A stretch of DNA of 64,000 bases, taken from Laetmonice hystrix (taxonomy: Eukaryota). Of the stretch, positions 51,148-64,000 are shown in pieces (positions within the stretch are counted from its first letter, which is position 1; every line of letters starts with the position of its first letter). The notes beneath the pieces are model-generated. The model was not told where the DNA came from and ran no database searches. It saw nothing but the letters and a program-made list of their open reading frames with translations. A program made the translations under genes and the position numbers. The stretch covers positions 2,792,001 through 2,856,000 of the forward strand of contig OZ249436.1 in assembly GCA_965235115.1 (NCBI GenBank), given 5' to 3'.

Positions 51148-51748
51148 AGAACACAGGTAGGATCAGAACACAGGTAGGATCAGACCACAGGTAGGACCAG
51201 AACACAGGTAGGATCAGACCACAGGTAGGACCAGAACACAGGTAGGACCAGAACACAGGTAGGACCAGAACACAGGTAGGATCAGAACACAGGTAGTATC
51301 AGAACACAGGTGGGATCAGAACACAGGTAGGATCAGAACACAGGTAGGATCAGAACACAGGTAGGATCAGAACACATGTAGGATCAGAACACAGGTAGTA
51401 TCAGAACACAGGTAGGATCAGAACACAGGTAGGATCAGAACACAGGTAGGATCAGAACACAGGTAGGACCAGAACACAGGTAGGACCAGAACACAGGTAG
51501 GACCAGAACACAGGTAGGTCAGAACACAGGTAGGACCAGAACACAGGTAGGACCAGAACACAGGTAGGACCAGAACACAGGTAGGATCAGAACACGGGTA
51601 GGACCAGAACACAGGTAGGATCAGAACACAGGTAGGATCAGAACACAGGTAGGATCAGAACACAGGTAGGATCAGAACACAGGTAGGATCAGAACACAGG
51701 TAGGACCAGAACACAGGTAGGGTCAGAACACAGGTAGGATCAGAACAC
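51148..51748. repeat. 17-bp minisatellite, about 35 copies
   Basis: Unit AGAACACAGGTAGGA(T/C)C. Confidence 0.97.
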
Positions 51749-51841
51749 CGAGGGTCAGCAGGGCTTACTCGGAGGTCACGGTCTGATGGAGACCACATCA
51801 ATGTCTCCTCACGCCGCGCCTAACTTTTAACTCGCCCTGGC

Positions 51842-52292
51842 CTAACCACAGAACTATCCCTAAACCACAGAACTATCCCTTAACCACAAAACTATCCCTT
51901 AACCACAAAACTATCCCTTAACCACAAACTGTCCCTTAACCACAGAAATATCTCTTAACCACAGAAATATCTCTTAACCACAGAAATATCTCTTAACCAC
52001 AGAAATAGTTCTTAATCCTAGAACTGGGCCTTCCAATCAACCACAGAACTTTATATTTACCGCAGAAATATCTTTTAACCACAGAACAGGGCCTTCCAAT
52101 CAACCTCAGAACTATCCCTAAACCACAAAACTATCCCTTAACCACAGAACTGGGCCATCCAATTAAGGTAACTATATCTTAACCACGGAACTAGCCCTTA
52201 ACCACAAAAAATCTCTTAACTACAGAAATATTTCCTAATCGTAGAACTGGGCCTTTCAGTTAACCACAGAACTCTATCTTAACCACAAAACT
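51842..52292. repeat. Degenerate ~20-bp minisatellite
   Basis: Recurring TTAACCACAGAACTATCCC-like units; older and more diverged than the neighbouring arrays. Confidence 0.85.
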
Positions 52293-52774
52293 TTCTCCTC
52301 TCTCTATCCACCACCCAGACTGTCGGCTTGGAGGTGATCGAGGTAAACAGAATATAAAATCAACAAATCAAAAAATAATAAAACCAACATATAAAACGAT
52401 TTCCCATATAAACGAATATAAAAACATATAAAACGAATCTTTCCTGAATATGTCGGCAGATAGAGCACCAAGCCTCTGCAAGTATTTAATATGTGGGCTG
52501 GGAGTGGTCGTACATACACTTTGAAATGAAGAAATCTTGCCAAGACTGAATTACTGAATACATGTATTTAGCCGGGCCAGCATACAATAGACACTGCAAT
52601 GCCCAGGGTCGGCCTAGCTGTGTTTCTATCTACTATTTTGGGCCTGGCTCGCCGTAGAAGTAAGTGTTCGGCAGAGATGAATAACTACTCCTGTATACTA
52701 CCATTGTAAACCGACCGAGGACTGGTTTTCGAAGTGTGTTGTATTTTTGGGCCAGTTGATGACAGGATTAGTGT

Positions 52775-55700
52775 TGTGTATAGGCGGTTTGCCGTAAGTA
52801 CTGGCCGTTACCCCAGTGAGGTGACTGCCTGGTGTAGGCGGGTTGCCGTAAGTACTGGCCGTTGCCCCAGTGAGGGGACTGCCTGGTGTAGGCGGGTTGC
52901 CGTAAGTACTGACCGTTACCCCAGTGAGGTGACTGCCTGGTGTAGGCGGGTTGCCGTAAGTACTGGCCGTTACCCCAGTGAGGTGACTGCCTGGTGTAGG
53001 CGGGTTGCCGTAAGTACTGGCCGTTGCCCCAGTGAGGGGACTGCCTGGTGTAGGCGGGTTGCCGTAAGTACTGACCGTTACCCCAGTGAGGTGACTGCCT
53101 GGTGTAGGCGGGTTGCCGTAAGTACTGACCGTTACCCCAGTGAGGTGACTGCCTGGTGTAGGCGGGTTGCCGTAAGTACTGGCCGTTACCCCAGTGAGGT
53201 GACTGCCTGGTGTAGGCGGGTTGCCGTAAGTACTGTCCGTTACCCCAGTGAGGTGACTGCAGGGTGTAGGCGTGTTGCCGTCAGTACTGTCCGTTACCCC
53301 AGTGAGGTGACTGCCTGGTGTAGGCGGGTTGCCGTAAGTACTGGCCGTTACCCCAGTGAGGGGACTGCCTGGTGTAGGCGGGTTGCCGTAAGTACTGGCC
53401 GTTACCCCAGTGAGGTGACTGCCTGGTGTAGGCGGGTTGCCGTAAGTACTGGCCGTTACCCCCAGTGAGGTGACTGCCTGGTGTAGGCGGGTTGCCGTAA
53501 GTACTGGCCGTTACCCCAGTGAGGTGACTGCCTGGTGTAGGCGGGTTGCCGTAAGTACTGGCCGTTACCCCAGTGAGGTGACTGCCTGGTGTAGGCGGGT
53601 TGCCGTAAGTACTGGCCGTTACCCCAGTGAGGTGACTGCCTGGTGTAGGCGGGTTGCCGTAAGTACTGGCCGTTACCCCCAGTGAGGTGACTGCCTGGTG
53701 TAGGCAGGCTGCCGTAAGTACTGGCCGTTACCCCAGTGAGGTGACTGCCTGGTGTAGGCGGGTTGCCGTAAGTACTGGCCGTTACCCCCAGTGAGGTGAC
53801 TGCCTGGTGTAGGCGGGTTGCCGTAAGTACTGGCCGTTACCCCAGTGAGGTGACTGCCTGGTGTAGGCGGGTTGCCGTAAGTACTGGCCGTTACCCCAGT
53901 AAGGTGACTACAGGGTGTAGGCGGGTTGCCGTAAGTACTGGCCGTTACCCCAGTGAGGTGACTGCCTGGTGTAGGCGGGTTGCCGTAAGTACTGGCCGTT
54001 ACCCCAGTGAGGTGACTGCCTGGTGTAGGCGGGTTGCCGTAAGTACTGGCCGTTACCCCCAGTGAGGTGACTGCCTGGTGTAGGCGGGTTGCCGTAAGTA
54101 CTGGCCGTTACCCCAGTGAGGTGACTGCCTGGTGTAGGCGGGTTGCCGTAAGTACTGGCCGTTGCCCCAGTGAGGGGACTGCCTGGTGTAGGCGGGTTGC
54201 CGTAAGTACTGGCCGTTACCCCCAGTGAGGTGACTGCAGGGTGTAGGCGTGTTGCCGTAAGTACTGCCCGTTACCCCAGTGAGGTGACTGCCTGGTGTAG
54301 GCGGGTTGCCGTAAGTACTGGCCGTTACCCCAGTGAGGTGACTGCCTGGTGTAGGCGGGTTGCCGTAGGTACTGGCCGTTACCCCAGTGAGGTGACTGCC
54401 TGGTGTAGGCGGGTTGCCGTAAGTACTGGCCGTTACCCCAGTGAGGTGACTGCCTGGTGTAGGCGGGTTGCCGTAAGTACTGGCCGTTACCCCCAGTGAG
54501 GTGACTGCCTGGTGTAGGCGGGTTGCCGTAAGTACTGGCCGTTACCCCAGTGAGGTGACTGCCTGGTGTAGGCGGGTTGCTGTAAGTACTGGCCGTTACC
54601 CCAGTGAGGTGACTGCCTGGTGTAGGCGGGTTGCCGTAAGTACTGGCCGTTACCCCCAGTGAGGTGACTGCCTGGTGTAGGCGGGTTGCCGTAAGTACTG
54701 ACCGTTACCCCAGTGAGGGGACTGCCTGGTGTAGGTGGGTTGCCGTAAGTACTGGCCGTTACCCCAGTGAGGTGACTGCAGGGTGTAGGCGGGTTGCCGT
54801 AAGTACTGCCCGTTACCCCAGTGAGGTGACTGCCTGGTGTAGGCGGGTTGCCGTAAGTACTGGCCGTTACCCCAGTGAGGTGACTGCCTGGTGTAGGCGG
54901 GTTGCCGTAAGTACTGGCCGTTACCCCAGTGAGGTGACTGCAGGGTGTAGGCGGGTTGCCGTAAGTACTGGCCGTTACCCCAGTGAGGTGACTGCCTGGT
55001 GTAGGCGGGTTGCCGTAAGTACTGGCCGTTACCCCCAGTGATCGAGGGGACTGCCTGGTGTAGGTGGGTTGCCGTAAGTACTGGCCGTTACCCCAGTGAG
55101 GTGACTGCCTGGTGTAGGCGGGTTGCCGTAAGTACTGGCCGTTACCCCAGTGAGGTGACTGCCTGGTGTAGGCGGGTTGCCGTAAGTACTGGCCGTTACC
55201 CCAGTGAGGTGACTGTAGGCGGGTTGCCGTAAGTACTGGCCGTTACCCCAGTGAGGTGACTGCAGGGTGTAGGCGGGTTGCCGTAAGTACTGCCCGTTAC
55301 CCCAGTGAGGTGACTGCCTGGTGTAGGCGGGTTGCCGTAAGTACTGGCCGTTACCCCAGTGAGGGGACTGCCTGGTGTAGGCGGGTTGCCGTAAGTACTG
55401 CCCGTTACCCCAGTGAGGTGACTGCCTGGTGTAGGCGGGTTGCCGTAAGTACTGGCCGTTACCCCCAGTGAGGTGACTGCCTGGTGTAGGCGGGTTGCCG
55501 TAAGTACTGGCCGTTACCCCAGTGAGGTGACTGCCTGGTGTAGGCGGGTTGCCGTAAGTACTGGCCGTTACCCCAGTGAGGTGACTGCCTGGTGTAGGCG
55601 GGTTGCCGTAGGTACTGGCCGTTACCCCCAGTGAGGTGACTGCCTGGTGTAGGCGGGTTGCCGTAAGTACTGGCCGTTACCCCAGTGAGGTGACTGCCTG

Positions 55701-58700
55701 GTGTAGGCGGGTTGCCGTAAGTACTGGCCGTTACCCCCAGTGAGGTGACTGCCTGGTGTAGGCGGGTTGCCGTAAGTACTGGCCGTTACCCCAGTGAGGT
55801 GACTGCCTGGTGTAGGCGGGTTGCCGTAAGTACTGGCCGTTACCCCAGTGAGGTGACTGCCTGGTGTAGGCGGGTTGCCGTAAGTACTGGCCGTTACCCC
55901 AGTGAGGTGACTGCCTGGTGTAGGCGGGTTGCCGTAAGTACTGGCCGTTACCCCCAGTGAGGTGACTGCCTGGTGTAGGCGGGTTGCCGTAAGTACTGAC
56001 CGTTACCCCAGTGAGGTGACTGCCTGGTGTAGGCGGGTTGCCGTAAGTACTGGCCGTTACCCCAGTGAGATGACTGCAGGGTGTAGGCGGGTTGCCGTAA
56101 GTACTGGCCGTTACCCCAGTGAGGTGACTGCCTGGTGTAGGCGGGTTGCCGTAGGTACTGGCCGTTACCCCAGTGAGGTGACTGCAGGGTGTAGGCGGGT
56201 TGCCGTAGGTACTGGCCGTTACCCCAGTGAGGGGACTGCCTGGTGTAGGCGGGTTGCCGTAAGTACTGGCCGTTACCCCAGTGAGGTGACTGCCTGGTGT
56301 AGGCGGGTTGCCGTAAGTACTGGCCGTTACCCCAGTGAGGTGACTGCCTGGTGTAGGCGTGTTGCCGTAAGTACTGGCCGTTACCCCAGTGAGGTGACTG
56401 CCTGGTGTAGGCGGGTTGCCGTAAGTACTGGCCGTTACCCCAGTGAGGTGACTGCCTGGTGTAGGCGTGTTGCCGTAAGTACTGGCCGTTACCCCAGTGA
56501 GGTGACTGCCTGGTGTAGGCGGGTTGCCGTAAGTACTGGCCGTTACCCCAGTGAGGTGACTGTAGGCGGGTTGCCGTAAGTACTGCCCGTTACCCCAGTG
56601 AGGTGACTGCCTGGTGTAGGCGGGTTGCCGTAAGTACTGGCCGTTACCCCAGTGAGGTGACTGCCTGGTGTAGGCGGGTTGCCGTAAGTACTGGCCGTTA
56701 CCCCAGTGAGGTGACTGCAGGGTGTAGGCGGGTTGCCGTAAGTACTGGCCGTTACCCCCAGTGAGGTGACTGCCTGGTGTAGGCGGGTTGCCGTAAGTAC
56801 TGGCCGTTACCCCAGTGAGGTGACTGCCTGGTGTAGGCGGGTTGCCGTAAGTACTGTCCGTTACCCCAGTGAGGTGACTGCAGGGTGTAGGCGGGTTGCC
56901 GTAAGTACTGGCCGTTACCCCAGTGAGGTGACTGCCTGGTGTAGGCGGGTTGCCGTAAGTACTGGCCGTTACCCCAGTGAGGTGACTGCCTGGTGTAGGC
57001 GGGTTGCCGTAAGTACTGGCCGTTACCCCAGTGAGGTGACTGCCTGGTGTAGGCGTGTTGCCGTAAGTACTGTCCGTTACCCCAGTGAGGTGACTGCAGG
57101 GTGTAGGCGTGTTGCCGTAAGTACTGGCCGTTACCCCCAGTGAGGTGACTGCCTGGTGTAGGCGGGTTGCCGTAAGTACTGACCGTTACCCCAGTGAGGT
57201 GACTGCCTGGTGTAGGCGGGTTGCCGTAAGTACTGGCCGTTACCCCAGTGAGATGACTGCAGGGTGTAGGCGGGTTGCCGTAAGTACTGGCCGTTACCCC
57301 AGTGAGGTGACTGCCTGGTGTAGGCGGGTTGCCGTAGGTACTGGCCGTTACCCCAGTGAGGTGACTGCAGGGTGTAGGCGGGTTGCCGTAGGTACTGGCC
57401 GTTACCCCAGTGAGGGGACTGCCTGGTGTAGGCGGGTTGCCGTAAGTACTGGCCGTTACCCCAGTGAGGTGACTGCCTGGTGTAGGCGGGTTGCCGTAAG
57501 TACTGGCCGTTACCCCAGTGAGGTGACTGCCTGGTGTAGGCGTGTTGCCGTAAGTACTGGCCGTTACCCCAGTGAGGTGACTGCCTGGTGTAGGCGGGTT
57601 GCCGTAAGTACTGGCCGTTACCCCAGTGAGGTGACTGCCTGGTGTAGGCGTGTTGCCGTAAGTACTGGCCGTTACCCCAGTGAGGTGACTGCCTGGTGTA
57701 GGCGGGTTGCCGTAAGTACTGGCCGTTACCCCAGTGAGGTGACTGTAGGCGGGTTGCCGTAAGTACTGCCCGTTACCCCAGTGAGGTGACTGCCTGGTGT
57801 AGGCGGGTTGCCGTAAGTACTGGCCGTTACCCCAGTGAGGTGACTGCCTGGTGTAGGCGGGTTGCCGTAAGTACTGGCCGTTACCCCAGTGAGGTGACTG
57901 CAGGGTGTAGGCGGGTTGCCGTAAGTACTGGCCGTTACCCCCAGTGAGGTGACTGCCTGGTGTAGGCGGGTTGCCGTAAGTACTGGCCGTTACCCCAGTG
58001 AGGTGACTGCCTGGTGTAGGCGGGTTGCCGTAAGTACTGTCCGTTACCCCAGTGAGGTGACTGCAGGGTGTAGGCGGGTTGCCGTAAGTACTGGCCGTTA
58101 CCCCAGTGAGGTGACTGCCTGGTGTAGGCGGGTTGCCGTAAGTACTGGCCGTTACCCCAGTGAGGTGACTGCCTGGTGTAGGCGGGTTGCCGTAAGTACT
58201 GGCCGTTACCCCAGTGAGGTGACTGCCTGGTGTAGGCGTGTTGCCGTAAGTACTGTCCGTTACCCCAGTGAGGTGACTGCAGGGTGTAGGCGTGTTGCCG
58301 TAAGTACTGTCCGTTACCCCAGTGAGGTGACTGCAGGGTGTAGGCGGGTTGCCGTAAGTACTGGCCGCTACCCCAGTGAGGTGACTGCCTGGTGTAGGCG
58401 GGTTGCCGTAAGTACTTGCCGTTACCCCAGTGAGGTGACTGCCTGGTGTAGGCGGGTTGCCGTAAGTACTGGCCGTTACCCCAGTGAGGGGACTGCCTGG
58501 TGTGTGCGGGTTGCCGTAAGTACTGGCCGTTACCCCAGTGAGGGGACTGCCTGGTGTAGGCGGGTTGCCGTAAGTACTGGCCGTTACCCCAGTGAGGTGA
58601 CTGCCTGGTGTAGGCGGGTTGCCGTAAGTACTGGCCGTTACCCCAGTGAGGTGACTGCCTGGTGTAGGCGGGTTGCCGTAAGTACTGGCCGTTACCCCCA

Positions 58701-59197
58701 GTGAGGTGACTGCAGGGTGTAGGCGGGTTGCCGTAAGTACAGGCCGTTACCCCAGTGAGGTGACTGCCTGGTGTAGGCGGGTTGCCGTAAGTACTGGCCG
58801 TTACCCCAGTGAGGTGACTGCCTGGTGTAGGCGGGTTGCCGTAAGTACTGGCCGTTACCCCAGTGAGGTGACTGCAGGGTGTAGGCGGGTTGCCGTAAGT
58901 ACTGGCCGTTACCCCAGTGAGGTGACTGCAGGGTGTGGGCGGGTTGCCGTAGGTACTGGCCGTTACCCCAGTGAGGGGACTGCCTGGTGTAGGCGGGTTG
59001 CCGTAAGTACTGGCCGTTACCCCAGTGAGGGGACTGCAGGGTGTAGGCGGGTTGCCGTAAGTACTGGCCGTTACCCCAGTGAGGTGACTGCCTGGTGTAG
59101 GCGGGTTGCCGTAAGTACTGGCCGTTACCCCAGTAAGGTGACTGCCTGGTGTAGGCGGGTTGCCGTAGGTACTGCCCGTTACCCCAGTGAGGTGACT
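52775..59197. repeat. 54-bp GC-rich satellite, about 119 copies (6.4 kb)
   Basis: Unit GTGAGGTGACTGCCTGGTGTAGGCGGGTTGCCGTAAGTACTGGCCGTTACCCCA, with frequent C4/C5 indels. Confidence 0.98.
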
Positions 59198-60238
59198 CGC
59201 TGGCCTCGGCTGCCCCGGACTCCTGACACGATGACTTCTTGGAAAGGTCTGGTTTTATACTGAGGTGTGAGGGGGTGAATGATCTTTACCCTGGTCAGGG
59301 TTAGCAGGGTACGTGTTAATCTCCACCCCCTCCACCCACACACACATACAAGCTGTACTAACGGCTACAACCCTGGCAGGATCCAGGATTCTGCAAATGG
59401 ATAGGGGAGGGGGTCGATGGGGGGGGGGGGGGGTCGATGGGGGGGGGAGGCCAGACCGTCCAAGGTGTGCGCACTGCAGGGGGGGGTTTATATGGAGCCC
59501 CCCCCCCCCCCCCCCCCCCCCAGAATATTAGAATTTTAGCAGGTCAGCTTGAGGGACGCACAGGGCACCACTAGACCAGCAACTCCAACTATCCGGGGAC
59601 TTTAACTCCCTCTCTATCTTCTCTATATGTATAGGTCAGACACGCATATCCCGCCCCCAAGCTATCTTCTCTATATGTATAGATCTTCACTATATGTATA
59701 GGTCACACACGCCTATCCCCCCACTCCAACTCCCTCTCTATCTTCTCTATATGTATAGGTCACACACGCCTACCCCCACCCCCACCCCCAACATTGAAAC
59801 ATCTAATGGCAGTGCGTAACGAAGCCTTGCCGAGGTGTACACCCAATGACTACGAACCAATCGTGACACTGCCTTTCAACCCGTTATTGACTTTCATTTC
59901 CGTCAGACCTCCTGCCCTTAGATTCCAGGTATTGTGTGTGCCTACCCAGCCTGACTCGGTCACAATGAGATATAGTCTACGATCAGGGTAAACGCTACGC
60001 TCGGGGTGAATTCTAGTTTTCTGTTTCCTATGTTCATTGAAACGAAGTTAAATCGGTTCTGGCGTGAAATCAATTGAATACTCGGTAAAGTGAGGAATAT
60101 ACGGCCGGAGGAAAATTGAATGATTATGACGATTACCAGGACTACAAATATATTGCCGAATGAGGATACAAAAATAGAATACAGTTAATTGGAGGTTATG
60201 GTTTTCATGCATGCATCGTCCCCTTGCCAGGTCGTCCA

Positions 60239-61091
60239 GGGCCGACGTTATCAGGGAGTCGTACGGTTTCTGTCATAACCTCAAGGTTTATAAGCCGACG
60301 TTATCAGGGAGTCGTACGGTTTCTGTCATAACCTCAAGGTTTACAGGCCGCCTTATCAGGGAGTCGTACGGTTTGTGTCATAACCTCACGGTTTATAGGC
60401 TGACGTTATCAGGGAGTCGTACGGTTTCTGTCATAACCTCAAGGTTTATAGGCCGACGTTATCAGGGAGTCGTACGGTTTCTGTCATAACCTCAAGGTTT
60501 ATAGGCCGACGTTATCAGGGAGTCGTACGGTTTCTGTCATAACCTCAAGGTTTATAGGCTGACGTTATCAGGGAGTCGTACGGTTTGTGTCATAACCTCA
60601 AGGTTTATAGGCTGACGTTATCAGGGAGTCGTACGGTTTGTGTCATAACCTCAAGGTTTATAGGCCGACGTTACCAGGGAGTCGTACGGTTTCTGTCATA
60701 ACCTCAAGGTTTATAGGCTGACGTTATCAGGGAGTCGTACGGTTTCTGTCATAACCTCAAGGTTTATAGGCCGACGTTATCAGGGAGTCGTACGGTTTGT
60801 GTCATAACCTCAAGGTTTATAGGCCGACGTTATCAGGGAGTCGTACGGTTTGTGTCATAACCTCAAGGTTTATAGGCTGACGTTATCAGGGAATCGTACG
60901 GTTTCTGTCATAACCTCAAGGTTTATAGGCTGACGTTATCGGGGAGTCGTACGGTTTGTGTCATAACCTCAAGGTTTATAGGCTGACGTTATCAGGGAGT
61001 CGTACGGTTTGTGTCATAACCTCAAGGTTTATAGGCTGACGTTATCAGGGAGTCGTACGGTTTGTGTCATAACCTCAAGGTTTATAGGCTG
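60239..61091. repeat. 53-bp tandem repeat, about 16 copies
   Basis: Unit GGCCGACGTTATCAGGGAGTCGTACGGTTTCTGTCATAACCTCAAGGTTTATA. Confidence 0.97.
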
Positions 61092-61454
61092 TGGGGGCAG
61101 AAAGACAATAACACAAATATCAAGGTTATTGTGTTATTTGTACACACACCTTGACACGTATCCAGGTGTATATATAACCACAATAACTCTTCTTTCTGTC
61201 TTTCTTTCCGTCATTCCGTAAATGCTCACAGTTAAATGGTTTCGCTACACTGCACCCGTTCCACTTTCGGTGTTTTTACTGCCTCGTCGACTAGCTGCTG
61301 TACACGTCTTCTTGTCCAATTATCCATCATCATTTCTAAACTAGCATTTAACAAGAATAAGTTCATATTTTTTCATATTCACGGAGTATTTGTGATGCCT
61401 AATTCCTAAGTACAAACAGGTGAACTAGGGTTGACTGCGTGTAATTGTGATAAC

Positions 61455-62136
61455 AAGTTTATAATAACAAGTGTAGACACTTATAATAAGTTTATAATAA
61501 CAAGTGTAAACACTTATAATAAGTTTATAATAACAAGTGTAGACACTTATAATAAGTTTATAATAACAAGTGTAGACACTTATAATAAGTTTATAATAAC
61601 AATGTAGACACTTATAATAAGTTTATAATAACAAGTGTAGACACTTATAATAAGTTTATAATAACAAGTTTAGACACTTATAATAAGTTTATAATAACAA
61701 GTGTAGACACTTATAATAAGTTTATAATAACAATGTAGACACTTATAATAAGTTTATAATAACAAGTGTAGACACTTATAATAAGTTTATAATAACAAGT
61801 GTAGACACTTATAATAAGTTTATAATAACAAGTGTAGACACTTATAATAAGTTTATAATAACAAGTGTAGACACTTATAATAAGTTTATAATAACAAGTG
61901 TAGACACTTATAATAAGTTTAAAATAACAAGTGTAGACACTTATAATAAGTTTTTAATAACAAGTGTAGACACTTATAATAAGTTTATAATAACAAGTGT
62001 AGACACTTATAATAAGTTTATAATAACAAGTGTAGACACTTATAATAAGTTTATAATAACAAGTGTAGACACTTATAATAAGTTTATAATAACAAGTGTA
62101 GACACTTATAATAAGTTTATAATAACAAGTGTAGAT
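61455..62136. repeat. 33-bp AT-rich tandem repeat, about 20 copies, with an internal hairpin
   Basis: Unit AAGTTTATAATAACAAGTGTAGACACTTATAAT, containing AAGTGT-AG-ACACTT. Confidence 0.97.
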
Positions 62137-62344
62137 ACAGGAAGATTATAGAACTCTCTCATGGCATTACTTTAGAATTTATGTCTATTACACCTGATTT
62201 TTGTTAAAGTGAGGCGTATGATTGATCCTGAAAGTCCACGCTACCATAAACTCCTTGCCGTTATGTATAACATCGACACCGTCTCCCTTTCCTTGCGGCA
62301 TCCGTGTGTGAACATGCCCACACATTACTCGGAATGTGGATCGG

Positions 62345-63441
62345 TGTGTTATGTTTCTGTAATCAACCCCAGCAGAGATCATACCCCCACTTATCCCATC
62401 GTAGATCGGTGTGTTATGTTTCTGTAATCAACCCCAGCAGAGTGTGTTATGTTTCTGTAATCAACCCCAGCAGAGATCATGCCCCCACTTATCCCATCGT
62501 AGATCGGTGTGTTATGTTTCTGTAATCAACCCCAGCAGAGTGTGTTATGTTTCTGTAATCAACCCCAGCAGAGATCATGCCCCCACTTATCCCATCGTAG
62601 ATCGGTGTGTTATGTTTCTGTAATCAACCCCAGCAGAGATCATACCCCCACTTATCCCATCGTTGTTCGGTGTGTTATGTTTCTGTAATCAACCCCAGCA
62701 GAGATCATACCCCCACTTATCCCATCGTGGATCGGTGTGTTATGTTTCTGTAATCAACCCCAGCAGAGTGTGTTATGTTTCTGTAATCAACCCCAGCAGA
62801 GATCATACCCCCACTTATCCCATCGTAGATCGGTGTGTTATGTTTCTGTAATCAACCCCAGCAGAGATCATACCCCCACTTATCCCATCGTGGATCGGTG
62901 TGTTATGTTTCTGTAATCAACCCCAGCAGAGTGTGTTATGTTTCTGTAATCAACCCCAGCAGAGATCATGCCCCCACTTATCCCATCGTAGATCGGTGTG
63001 TTATGTTTCTGTAATCAACCCCAGCAGAGATCATACCCCCACTTATCCCATCGTGGATGGGTGTGTTATGTTTCTGTAATCAACCCCAGCAGAGTGTGTT
63101 ATGTTTCTGTAATCAACCCCAGCAGAGATCATGCCCCCACTTATCCCATCGTAGATCGGTGTGTTATGTTTCTGTAATCAACCCCAGCAGAGATCATACC
63201 CTCACTTATCCCATCGTGGATCAGTGTGTTATGTTTCTGTAATCAACCCCAGCAGAGATCATACCCCCACTTATCCCATCGTAGATCGGTGTGTTATGTT
63301 TCTGTAATCAACCCCAGCAGAGTGTGTTATGTTTCTGTAATCAACCCCAGCAGAGTGTGTTATGTTTCTGTAATCAACCCCAGCAGAGTGTGTTATGTTT
63401 CTGTAATCAACCCCAGCAGACATCATACCCCCACTTATCCC
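62345..63441. repeat. Composite tandem repeat of a 33-bp module A and a 32-bp module B
   Basis: A = GTGTGTTATGTTTCTGTAATCAACCCCAGCAGA, B = GATCATACCCCCACTTATCCCATCGTAGATCG, arranged as AB, AAB and AAAA. Confidence 0.95.
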
Positions 63442-63894
63442 CAGGATGACACTGTGCGATCCTCACCGCCCGTACAAAGAGTACATTTGATGGTGACATG
63501 CACTGTGTATGACACGAGTCTTAGTTTGATCAAGTGAACATCGCGGACCTGGAGAGGTGCCCAGAGAACCTCCGTCAGGTTATACTGAAGTGGTAGTCCG
63601 TGCCAAGTGTGCTAAGAGACCCTCATTAATGTGAACCCGTTCTCCAGTAGCAGTTCGAGGATGGTTGAAAACACCAAGTATTTACCGTCACGTGACTGTG
63701 TGTCAGGGGTACTTATAACCAGGCACGTCGTGTGCACGCCCCCAGGGGGCGCTCGGCACGCGCTAGAACCACGTGAAATATTAGTTTGCGTTTTTTGATG
63801 TCTTGTACGCCGACATAATTAGATTCCCACGTAGCTCGGGGGGAATGGGAAGGCCGAGGGGGTCCCGAAGGTGGGAAATCTGGATTTTGATTCA

Positions 63895-64000
63895 GATTTG
63901 GGGGTTACGCCTCGGAAATAATGAGGGGCATGCATATCTAGGCGACCAGTTTTACTGGTAGAGGAACCTGGACTACCCTGTAGAAAACTACCGACAGCAG
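63895..64000 (-). mobile_element. Probable SINE fragment (V-SINE-like central domain), running off the window end
   Basis: CAGTTTTACTGGTAGAGGAACCTGGACTACCCCTGTAGAAAACTACCGAC resembles the reverse complement of the V-SINE core (GGAGGAAACCGGAGTACCCGGAGAAAACC). Recognised from memory, not aligned. Confidence 0.45.

Noticed and set aside
52734..59263. Long Cys/Arg-rich ORFs (TAWCRRVAVSTGRYPSEV)n
   Set aside because: They are translations of a 54-bp satellite with frequent frameshifting C indels and non-ATG starts.
62345..63441. CRISPR-like array (33-bp repeat with 32-bp spacer)
   Set aside because: The spacers are all the same sequence, there are no cas genes, and the context is eukaryotic; it is a composite minisatellite.

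Overview
Repeat-dominated, gene-poor eukaryotic DNA, probably an invertebrate animal (inferred from the repeat types and splice signals). I recognise no complete protein-coding gene, RNA gene or CRISPR array, and almost every listed ORF is a by-product of a repeat. About 23 kb is non-autonomous Helentron/DINE-1-like elements (HINEs) from three families: a single copy at 9938-12000, a self-nested pair at 25693-30624, and a 14.5-kb Russian-doll stack on the minus strand at 32636-47115. In both nested families, new copies sit in a TT site about 60-80 bp inside the 5' end of a copy of the same family, which suggests self-targeted insertion. About 19 kb more consists of roughly 20 unrelated, very homogeneous minisatellite arrays (units 17-115 bp), the largest being a 6.4-kb 54-bp array with a 1183-bp higher-order duplication. 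There are also several MITEs, a probable SINE fragment, and a few low-confidence spliced exons, including a possible Thr/Ser-rich repeat protein at about 19.3-20.3 kb on the minus strand.
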